Shown in pieces: positions 6,771 to 14,372 of a stretch of 17,111 bases of DNA (the first letter of the stretch is position 1; each line of letters opens with the position of its first letter). The notes beneath the pieces are model-generated. The model had not been told where the DNA came from, ran no database searches, and saw only the letters and a program-made list of their open reading frames with translations. The stretch spans positions 1 through 17,111 of the forward strand of contig JBFGJG010000069.1 in the NCBI GenBank assembly GCA_041577295.1, in the 5' to 3' direction. Made by a program: the position numbers and the translations under genes. The stretch is from Gemmatimonadales bacterium (GTDB lineage Bacteria; Gemmatimonadota; Gemmatimonadetes; Gemmatimonadales; GWC2-71-9).

Positions 6771-8174
6771 TCACCACGACATGGTTGAGTAGTCCGGTTT
6801 CAGCGCCTTATTGCTGTGCTCCAAGAGCCAGCGGCGGAGGACATCCCACGCGTGATCCGCGGCGTCCCTGGCGAGAAAGAGATCGCCATGACCGTAGTCG
6901 ATGATTGCCTGGTCTGCCGGTTGGAGCTGGACGGTCACGTTCGTGACGTCATTGCTCGCCGTCAGGCTGCTCGTGTAGTCACCCAACGTGCCGAAAGCAC
7001 CGGCGGCTCCGAGATAGAGGATGGGAACCTCGATCGCTGCCAAGTGATCGTCGATGCTGAGGTCTGCTTCGTCGCACGCGGTCGCCGCAAGCTCGAAGTT
7101 TGCAAGCCGCGGCATGTACGGTGAAAGCGACCCGAGCCCTGTGATCCAAACGGCCGGATCCGTGTAGAGCAAGCCCACCGGGATGCCGAACTCGTTGAAA
7201 TCACCTGCGACGAAGTGCCAGAACGGAGCCGGCGAGTCGCCAAACGCAAAGGTGTTTGCACCAATGAAGAGAATGGCCTGGAAATTCGTGAGGCCTTCGA
7301 AAATTGGTGACGGATCATCGGGTGCCGTTGCCGCAAGGCTGCTGAAGAAGGCGAACACGAGTCCGTCGTCATTCTGGTACACACCAGCGTCGATCAACTC
7401 GCGGCTGCTCGCGGCGTCTGCGCAGGCCGCGAGCCGCGAGCTTTCATCAGCGTCAGCGAGCTTGAGTGCAAGGTCGACCGCGAGGATCCCGTCGATGTCG
7501 CGCAGCCAAGCATGTTGCTGTGTCTCCCGGCCAGCGGCTGCGTACGCGACACCGACACCGTAGCTGTATCCCAACAGATGCAGGCGCCCGAAGCCCTGCC
7601 CCGTTTTGCCCCGTATCAGGCGGGCGATCGACAGTGCAGCCAACGTGTGATCCACGTCCCGCTCCACTCCCCAGGACTTCAGAAATGAGAAATCCGTTAC
7701 GTCCGGCGGAATCAGGGCCCACGCGAAGTCCAACCCCCACACGTCGACGCCGTGTGAGGCCAAATACGCGGCAGCAGAAGTTCGGGTAGCCTGGTCCGGG
7801 GATTCGAGACGCAGAAACACCTCAAAATTCAAAGAGGCTCCATGCGTCATCATGACCCCCCCGGTGGTCGGAGCAGGATGATAGGGCTGGCGCTCACGCA
7901 CCACCCGGTGGAGCCGTACCACGTCGAACGGACCGGGGCCCAATGGCACCGTGAACTGGTAATGCGCGATCCCGTCCGCGATCTCGCGGCGCGTGGCGCT
8001 GCGATAGAGCTTGTGGAGCACGCGCTCGACGGGTGCTCGTCGATCGAGTACGACCCCATGACCATCGTGGCCCAGCAGCTGGTCCTCTTCCGTGATGTCG
8101 CCGGGGCCGGAGGGGGTGTCGGTGCAACCCGCGATCAGCAGGCACCCCAGGGCGACCCATATGGCCTTGTTCAT
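6771..8174 (-). CDS. Lipoprotein with alpha/beta-hydrolase fold (serine hydrolase, substrate unknown), about 467 aa
   Basis: SD AAGGAGGA (8188-8181) precedes ATGATG (8177/8174). Signal MNKAIWVALGCLLIAG^C is a lipobox. Catalytic features: HGAS oxyanion loop, YLASHGVDVWGLDF, nucleophile elbow GYSYG (7571-7557), YGHGDLF His (6890-6888). Confidence 0.85.
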   Translation of the reverse strand: MNKAIWVALGCLLIAGCTDTPSGPGDITEEDQLLGHDGHGVVLDRRAPVERVLHKLYRSATRREIADGIAHYQFTVPLGPGPFDVVRLHRVVRERQPYHPAPTTGGVMMTHGASLNFEVFLRLESPDQATRTSAAAYLASHGVDVWGLDFAWALIPPDVTDFSFLKSWGVERDVDHTLAALSIARLIRGKTGQGFGRLHLLGYSYGVGVAYAAAGRETQQHAWLRDIDGILAVDLALKLADADESSRLAACADAASSRELIDAGVYQNDDGLVFAFFSSLAATAPDDPSPIFEGLTNFQAILFIGANTFAFGDSPAPFWHFVAGDFNEFGIPVGLLYTDPAVWITGLGSLSPYMPRLANFELAATACDEADLSIDDHLAAIEVPILYLGAAGAFGTLGDYTSSLTASNDVTNVTVQLQPADQAIIDYGHGDLFLARDAADHAWDVLRRWLLEHSNKALKPDYSTMSW

Positions 8175-8395
8175 CATGCGTCCTCCTTCGTTGCATTGAA
8201 CAGAGGTTCGAATCGCCGAGAGGTGGTCTCCTCGCGCCGCTCCGCTTGACTTTTTGCGGGTGCGGCGCCCAACTACTTGTGAACGCGCATGGGCGCGCGT
8301 TTCCTGGGTTGGGGCGTTCCTCACAGGTGTACACGAAACCGCCCCAGGCTTTGATCACCGGTGCCTGTCGCGCGGATGTCGGAGGTCGGAGAGGC

Positions 8396-8545
8396 ATGCC
8401 ACACGCCACCCTCCGGTTCTTTGGCTCGAGGACCCACGGAGCACGTTCCAGCCATCACGTGCCGGCCGGGCGCGCGCCATTGGGCGACGACGACCATCCC
8501 GCCCGTCATCGACTAACCAACCGACGTTCGGACGCTCACCGATGA
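8396..8545 (+). other. Candidate 49-aa small ORF or gene remnant translationally coupled to the kinase
   Basis: GGAGGTCGGAGAGGC precedes ATG 8396. It reads MPHATLRFFGSRTHGARSSHHVPAGRAPLGDDDHPARHRLTNRRSDAHR*, and its TGA overlaps the kinase ATG (ATGA 8542-8545). Confidence 0.35.
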
Positions 8546-11484
8546 GTGCCGATCCCTCCTGGGACCGGCTCGAGGAGCTGTTCGAGAAGGCCGCCGCCGT
8601 ACCGCCCGAAGCGCGAAGCGCGTGGATGGACCAACACTGTCACGACGATCCCAAACTCCGCGCCCAACTCGAATCGTTGCTCGCCGCGGTCCCCGGCGCT
8701 GAGGGCTTCGTCAGGGGATTGAGTGATCGGTTGGTTGGCGGTGGAGCGCGGGGCTTTGTCACGGATTCGGCCGCGGCAGGCAGCGAATCGAGCGGTACGG
8801 CCGACTCGTCACTGGTCCGCGAACTGCTCGCCGGCTCGACCGCGGACAGCGCCCAGCTCGCACGGTTGACTGCCGGCCTCGGGGATCGGTACGGCATCGA
8901 GGGTGAGATCGGAACTGGCGGAATGGCCACGGTCTATCTCGCGCGAGATCTCAAGCACGGCCGCAAGGTGGCGTTGAAGGTCGTGAAGCCGGAGCTCGCG
9001 GCCTTGCTTGGGACCGAGCGATTCCTCAAGGAGATCGAGGTCACCGCCAAGCTCCAGCACCCACACATCCTTCCGCTGTTCGATTCGGGTTCCCTCGATT
9101 CCCTTCCTTATTATGTCATGCCCTTCATCGAGGGAGAGTCGCTGGCACAACGCCTGGAACGCGAGAGCCAATTACCGATCGAGGAAGCTCTCTCGATCGC
9201 CGTCACGGTAGGGAAGGCACTGCAGTATGCCCACGAGCTCGACGTGGTGCACCGCGACATCAAACCGGCGAACATCCTGCTGCATCGCGGACAGCCGCTC
9301 GTGACGGACTTTGGGATTGCCCTCGCGGTCACCGCCGCTGGTGGACGCAAGCTCACTGAAACCGGCCTCTCGGTGGGAACCCCGGAGTACATGAGCCCGG
9401 AACAGGCTTCGGGCAAAGGATCCGTCGACGCCCGGACCGACCAATACGCGTTGGCCTGCGTGCTGTACGAGATGCTGGCGGGTGAGCCGCCGCACACTGG
9501 CCCAACCGTCCCCGCCATCATCGCGAAGGTGTTGACCGACCGACCGCGCCGGCTCCGCGCATCGCGGGAGACGGTCCCGCCGCATGTGGAGATGGCGACC
9601 CACCGAGCCCTGTCCAAGATCGCACCGGATCGATATCCCACGGTGGCGCGGTTCATCGAGGCACTCGAAAACCCAGCTGTGTCACGCGAGTGGCCGGGGT
9701 TGGTTCAGCTCGAGGGTGTCTCCTGGCGCAAAGCCGGGGTCTGGGCCGCACTCGTACTGCTCGCGTTCGCGGCCATCCTCGGCTGGATACGCGGACCACC
9801 TGGTGCGCCAGGCCCAACCACACGATTCGACTTCTCCTACCCAACCGGTGAGTTCTATAGCTCGCTTCGGCACGCGCTTGCGATCTCACCCAATGGCTCG
9901 ACCATCGCGTATGTGGGACAGGGGGAGCGCGCCGAACAACTGTATCTCCGCCGCGTCGACCAGCTTGAAAGCCGGGTCATGCCGGGGACGGAGGGGGCGC
10001 TCGATCCGTTCTTTTCGCCTGACGGCGAATCGGTGGGGTTCGCGACGCTGGTCGGGCTGATGCGGCTCCCCGTCACCGGAGGTGCCCCGGTGAAGATCGC
10101 GGAGTTTCCGGAAGTCCGCGGACCCAACTGGGGACGAGACGGCATCATCCTGTTCGGGTCCACGAGCGGCCTGTGGCAAGTTCCTGCCAGCGGCGGACAA
10201 CCACACGCCGTCACCAAGCTGGATTCCGCCCGCAACGAGCTAATGCACAGCCGGCCTCAGCGCCTCCCAGGTAGCGATGCCGTGTTGTTCACCATCACCG
10301 CTGGCGGTCTGGACGAAACGCAGGTGGCCGTGCTTTCACCCCGGTCGGGAGAAATCCGTCGGCTCTTTCCTGGAATCGCCCCGCGATACAGCACGACGGG
10401 ACACATCATCTACGGCCGTTCGGACGGAATGCTCATGGCGGTGCCGTTCGATGCACGGAGGCTGCGAATAACCGGACCGGCGGACACGCTCCTGTCGGGG
10501 GTCGCGGTGAAACAGACAGGGTCCATGGACTTCGCCATCTCTGCCAACGGATCGTTGGTGTACCTGACTGGGGGCGTGGTCCCTGGCCGGCTGGCACTCG
10601 TCGATCGCACCGGCGCTCAGGAGTTTCTCACCGGACCGGACATGCTGGGCACGCCGAGCTTTTCGCCCGACGGGCGTCGGATCATCGTCGGCAGGGGCAT
10701 GCCGCCCACTCGCCAGATCTGGATGCTCGAAGTGGCGGACCGAACACTTGGGCCGGTGACGTTCGAGGGGCACAACTATTACCCCGTCTTTAGCCCTGAC
10801 GGATCGCGGTTCGTGTTCACGACCGAGCAAGCCACGGGGAGCGCAGACCTGCGCTGGAAACCTGCGGATGGGAGCGGGGAAGCCCGGCTCATGGTTCGGG
10901 CGGATTCCGGTGTCCTGTACTACCCGGAGTCCTGGTCGCCGGACGGCACGTATCTGGTGGCGCGGCGGCAGGAGACACGCAATGGACAGACCGACCGAGA
11001 CCTCTGGGTTGTGCATGTCGAAGGACACGATCCACCACGGCCGTTGTTGGACCTGCCGTCCTCGCGCGAAGACGCTGCACGTCTGTCGCCCGACGGCAAG
11101 TGGCTGGCGTTTTCGTCCGACCTCACCGGAGAGTACGAGATCTATGTGATCCGATTCCCCAATCCCGGGCGACGTATTCCGATATCTCGTGGAGGTGGCA
11201 CCGAGCCGGCATGGTCACCGAGCGGGCGAGAGATCTTCTATCGCAATGGTGACGATATGATGGTGGCAACCGTGGACACCGCCGACGAGCTTGCGGTCAT
11301 CGATCGACAGGTGTTGTTCACGGGCCGGTACCTCAAGTGGCATTACCACACGAACTACGATGTGCATCCGGACGGGCAGCGATTCGTGCTCGTGGCCCGC
11401 TGGGGTGCGGGGACGGCACAACGCGCGGTGGTCGTGGTGAACTGGTTTGAGGAACTGCGCCGGCTCGTCCGGCGCGGCTCCTAG
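8542..11484 (+). CDS. Membrane Hanks-type Ser/Thr protein kinase with C-terminal TolB-like/PD40 beta-propellers, about 980 aa
   Basis: Kinase motifs are intact: GTGGMATVY, VALK, HRDIKPANIL, DFG, GTPEYMSPE, DQYAL. TM helix AGVWAALVLLAFAAILGWI at about 9733-9789, then repeated (F/W)SPDG motifs and C-terminal VVVNWFEEL. Start placed at MSADPSWDRLEELFEKA; the 8254-8541 extension does not look protein-like. Confidence 0.95.
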   Translation: MSADPSWDRLEELFEKAAAVPPEARSAWMDQHCHDDPKLRAQLESLLAAVPGAEGFVRGLSDRLVGGGARGFVTDSAAAGSESSGTADSSLVRELLAGSTADSAQLARLTAGLGDRYGIEGEIGTGGMATVYLARDLKHGRKVALKVVKPELAALLGTERFLKEIEVTAKLQHPHILPLFDSGSLDSLPYYVMPFIEGESLAQRLERESQLPIEEALSIAVTVGKALQYAHELDVVHRDIKPANILLHRGQPLVTDFGIALAVTAAGGRKLTETGLSVGTPEYMSPEQASGKGSVDARTDQYALACVLYEMLAGEPPHTGPTVPAIIAKVLTDRPRRLRASRETVPPHVEMATHRALSKIAPDRYPTVARFIEALENPAVSREWPGLVQLEGVSWRKAGVWAALVLLAFAAILGWIRGPPGAPGPTTRFDFSYPTGEFYSSLRHALAISPNGSTIAYVGQGERAEQLYLRRVDQLESRVMPGTEGALDPFFSPDGESVGFATLVGLMRLPVTGGAPVKIAEFPEVRGPNWGRDGIILFGSTSGLWQVPASGGQPHAVTKLDSARNELMHSRPQRLPGSDAVLFTITAGGLDETQVAVLSPRSGEIRRLFPGIAPRYSTTGHIIYGRSDGMLMAVPFDARRLRITGPADTLLSGVAVKQTGSMDFAISANGSLVYLTGGVVPGRLALVDRTGAQEFLTGPDMLGTPSFSPDGRRIIVGRGMPPTRQIWMLEVADRTLGPVTFEGHNYYPVFSPDGSRFVFTTEQATGSADLRWKPADGSGEARLMVRADSGVLYYPESWSPDGTYLVARRQETRNGQTDRDLWVVHVEGHDPPRPLLDLPSSREDAARLSPDGKWLAFSSDLTGEYEIYVIRFPNPGRRIPISRGGGTEPAWSPSGREIFYRNGDDMMVATVDTADELAVIDRQVLFTGRYLKWHYHTNYDVHPDGQRFVLVARWGAGTAQRAVVVVNWFEELRRLVRRGS

Positions 11485-11498
11485 CGAGCGCGACCGGC

Positions 11499-12998
11499 CT
11501 AACGAGTCAAGCTCCGACTCGGCAGTTTGAGCCGCTCCATCAGCGGCTCAAACCGAGGGTCGCCACACAACGAGGCAAGGTCGGGATTCTGCGGTGGAGC
11601 AGTCCACGGCGCGTAGGGGTGCGGAACGTCAAAGGCTCGCTCGAGCCAGACAAACGCGCGATCGTTGTCGCCGATCGCGGCATAGACGTGCGGGAGCCCC
11701 CAAAGATCCAGCGGAGACGGATCAGCTTCCAGCTCTGTTGCAATACGCCGCGCCTCGTCCAGACGGCCCGCACGCGCGTAGCTGTGCGCCAGGGTCCAAC
11801 GCCACTCTGGACTGAGCGCCGCAGCCCGCTGATGCGTCGCGATGGCGTCCTCGAACACTCCCTTCGATGCTAGCGCCCGCCCAAGCACAAACAACCCGGG
11901 TACAAAGTCGGGATGCAACTCGAGCGATCCGCGTGCCTCCGCAATCGCTTGATCGAGTAGACCGCGGGACGTGTAGAGATATGACAGCCAGGCCGGCCAG
12001 AGCGGCTCGAGCGGATCGCCCTCGATGGTTCGTCGCATCTCTACTAGCGCCTGCTCGCGCGGACCGATGAGATCGAGATACCACGCGAAGTGCGCGCGCG
12101 TATCCGCGAGCGAGGGGTTCAGGTCGAGTGCGCGATGGAAGGCCTGTTCCGCTCCTGCCCAGTCCCACTCGCGATAGAGCTTCGCTTCCGCCAGCACCGC
12201 GTACGGCTCGGCGAGCGTCGAGTCGAGCTCGAGGGCGTGCTCTGCCGCCACGACTGCTAGGGGCAACAAATGGGGCTCTGGACCTTGGCCAAGCCCGCCA
12301 TACCCCATTGCCAGGCCGACATACGCCAAGGGATCGGTCGGATATCGCTCCGCCAACTCGCGAAGACATTCGAGGCCTCGGTCGATTGCCTCCAGCGTTC
12401 CCTGCATGATCGCGAAGCGCCCGCGCAGATACGTCTCGTATGTCTCGCGGCCTATTGCGGGTTGAACACCGAGTCTCACCCTGCCCTCCGCGGAATGACG
12501 AAGGTCCAAAGCTCGCGCGATGTCCGCGGCCACCATGCGATGCATTCCCCATGCATCCGCCATTTGGCACTCGTACTCCCGAACCGACAGGCTCCGCTCA
12601 TCAGGACGCACCCTGATCAACTCCACCCGCAGGTGAACAGCATCACCGCGACAGTCGAATGCAACCACCAGCACGCCGTCGACGTTCAACATGGACCCAA
12701 TCTCGGAAACGGACTTATCCGTCTGGACGAAATGCATGACCGACCGTCGCGAGATGACGCGCAACGAGCGTAACCGGGCAAGCTCTCCGATCAGCGCGTC
12801 GTGCATTCCCGCGATGACGTGATCGTGCTCGTGGCTTTTGGTGCGATTCTCAAAGGGTAGGACAGCGAGTGAGGCAATGCCCTCCGGTTCCCCGGTGGCG
12901 GCTCCGGCGATCCACCGCTGGTAGCGGTTACCAAGCGCGGCCCTCAAACGTCGCAGCATCCCGATCGCAGCGAATCCCTCACGCTGTTGTGAGATCAC
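11499..12998 (-). CDS. TolB-N-like (SLAVLPFEN) + TPR-repeat protein lacking an N-terminal output domain
   Basis: IASLAVLPFENR...GMHDALIGELARLRSLRVISRRSVMHF...YETYLRGRF...ALELDSTLAEPY...WDWAGAEQAFHRALDLNPS...DPRFEPLMERL. The start is GTG 12998 or ATG 12959. Confidence 0.88.
   Translation of the reverse strand: MISQQREGFAAIGMLRRLRAALGNRYQRWIAGAATGEPEGIASLAVLPFENRTKSHEHDHVIAGMHDALIGELARLRSLRVISRRSVMHFVQTDKSVSEIGSMLNVDGVLVVAFDCRGDAVHLRVELIRVRPDERSLSVREYECQMADAWGMHRMVAADIARALDLRHSAEGRVRLGVQPAIGRETYETYLRGRFAIMQGTLEAIDRGLECLRELAERYPTDPLAYVGLAMGYGGLGQGPEPHLLPLAVVAAEHALELDSTLAEPYAVLAEAKLYREWDWAGAEQAFHRALDLNPSLADTRAHFAWYLDLIGPREQALVEMRRTIEGDPLEPLWPAWLSYLYTSRGLLDQAIAEARGSLELHPDFVPGLFVLGRALASKGVFEDAIATHQRAAALSPEWRWTLAHSYARAGRLDEARRIATELEADPSPLDLWGLPHVYAAIGDNDRAFVWLERAFDVPHPYAPWTAPPQNPDLASLCGDPRFEPLMERLKLPSRSLTR
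11525..11553. repeat. Perfect 12-bp hairpin, possible 3' end or termination signal of the kinase transcript
   Basis: GTTTGAGCCGCT-ccatc-AGCGGCTCAAAC, 40 nt after the kinase stop and inside the convergent TPR gene. No U-tract on either strand. Confidence 0.5.
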
Positions 12999-13072
12999 CG
13001 ACCCAGGCCACGCCTCAAGGCTACGCTGTGGGGTACCATGCCGCTAGGTGGGAGTTGATTGTACGCGCGCGC

Positions 13073-13081
13073 TGCTATCTT
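13073..13081 (+). promoter_or_regulatory. Extended -10 promoter, probably giving a leaderless transcript
   Basis: TGcTATCTT lies 8 nt before ATG 13090, with no convincing SD. Confidence 0.45.
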
Positions 13082-13089
13082 GGAACGGG

Positions 13090-14343
13090 ATGCGACTCGT
13101 TCCAAGCCTTCTGATCCTGGTTGCTGTGTCTGCGCCGGGCGTGCACGCCCAGGCGCCGAACGCCGAGACGCCCGGCGCAGACCTCACCATCTATCTGGTG
13201 ACGATCGGCCCGGGGACCGCGGCGTGGGAGCGGTTTGGGCACAACGCCATCGGCGTGCGTGACGAGCGGCGCGGCACGGACCGCATCTACAACTACGGGC
13301 TGTTCAGCTTCGCGCAGGAAGGGTTTCTCGTCCGGTTTCTGCGGGGACGCATGGAGTACTGGATGGCGGGGTTCGATGCGGCGCCGCATCTGCGCAGCTA
13401 CATGGCGGCCGGCCGGTCGCTGGCCATTCAGGTTTTAGACCTCGCGCCACAACAGCGCCGAGAGTTGGCCGACTTCCTCGAATGGAACGAGCGTCCAGAA
13501 AACCGGTTCTATCGCTACCACTACTACTGGGACAACTGCTCCACACGGGTGCGCGACGCACTCGATCGCGCCCTGGGTGGCGCGCTGCGTGACGTGACCA
13601 CGTCGGTAAACGAAGGATCGACCTTCCGCTACCACACGCGCCGCGCCCTAGCGGTTGATCCGCTCTTGTACGCGGGCATCATGCTCGGCTTGGGGAGCCC
13701 GACGGACCGCTCCCTCTCCCAATGGGAAGAGATGTTTCTCCCCGAGAAGGTGCAGGAGTACATCCGCGAGGTCACGGTCACCAGTCCAGACGGCGCTGCC
13801 CGCCCGCTAGTCATCTCCGAGCAGACCGTGTTCGAGGGCAGTGCGGAGCCGATTCCCGACGCGGCTCCCCGGCGACTGCACATCCACTTCGCCATCGGCC
13901 TCCTGATTGCAGCGGTCATTCTCGTCCTGGCATGGCGATCGGCCCAATCGACCTGGGCTCGTCGCGCCTTCCTCGGTCTCGGCGTGACGTGGACGCTTCT
14001 CGTGGGAGCCTTGGGTGCGGCCATCGCTGGACTGTGGGCCCTGACCGATCACGACACCTCATACTGGAACGAGAATCTCTTCGTGGTGAATCCGCTCTGG
14101 CTCGTGGCGGCGGTCGCACTGGTTGTGTTGTGGTGGCGCGGCGGGCAGGCGCACCAGACCGCGCATCGTCTCGTGACCGCACTCGCGGCGCTCGGGACGG
14201 CGGGCTTTTTCCTCCAGATCCTTCCCGGGCTCGATCAGGTCAACGGGGACGTGTACGCGCTCTGCTTGCCTGCGGCTTTGGCATTGAGTGCGGGGCTATG
14301 GATTTCGAGTGCCCCGGCTCGATCGAAGGTCGCTAGCGCCTGA
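13090..14343 (+). CDS. DUF4105 / Lnb-type (lipoprotein N-acyltransferase-like) membrane protein, 417 aa
   Basis: Signal peptide MRLVPSLLILVAVSAPGVHA^Q; LVTIGPG...FGHNAI...YNYGLFSF...YRYHYYWDNCSTRVRD; EMFLP; about five C-terminal TM helices with WALTDH...WNENL. Confidence 0.85.
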   Translation: MRLVPSLLILVAVSAPGVHAQAPNAETPGADLTIYLVTIGPGTAAWERFGHNAIGVRDERRGTDRIYNYGLFSFAQEGFLVRFLRGRMEYWMAGFDAAPHLRSYMAAGRSLAIQVLDLAPQQRRELADFLEWNERPENRFYRYHYYWDNCSTRVRDALDRALGGALRDVTTSVNEGSTFRYHTRRALAVDPLLYAGIMLGLGSPTDRSLSQWEEMFLPEKVQEYIREVTVTSPDGAARPLVISEQTVFEGSAEPIPDAAPRRLHIHFAIGLLIAAVILVLAWRSAQSTWARRAFLGLGVTWTLLVGALGAAIAGLWALTDHDTSYWNENLFVVNPLWLVAAVALVVLWWRGGQAHQTAHRLVTALAALGTAGFFLQILPGLDQVNGDVYALCLPAALALSAGLWISSAPARSKVASA

Positions 14344-14372
14344 GTCGAGGCGAATCTCACTAGCACCCCAGC

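Noticed and set aside
8246..8280. TTGACT as the -35 of a kinase promoter
   Set aside because: There is no acceptable -10 at 16-18 nt spacing.
8178..8324. 49-aa N-terminal extension of the hydrolase in the ORF track
   Set aside because: A strong SD and an immediate lipoprotein signal place the start at 8174 or 8177.
6740..8418. CACGCCAC shared at both ends of the hydrolase segment as a possible target-site duplication
   Set aside because: It is only 8 nt of C/A-rich low-complexity sequence, with no transposase or terminal inverted repeats.
8254..8541. 96-aa N-terminal extension of the kinase in the ORF track
   Set aside because: It is Arg/Pro-rich, has no SD, overlaps the hydrolase upstream region, and family-like sequence only begins at Met 8542.
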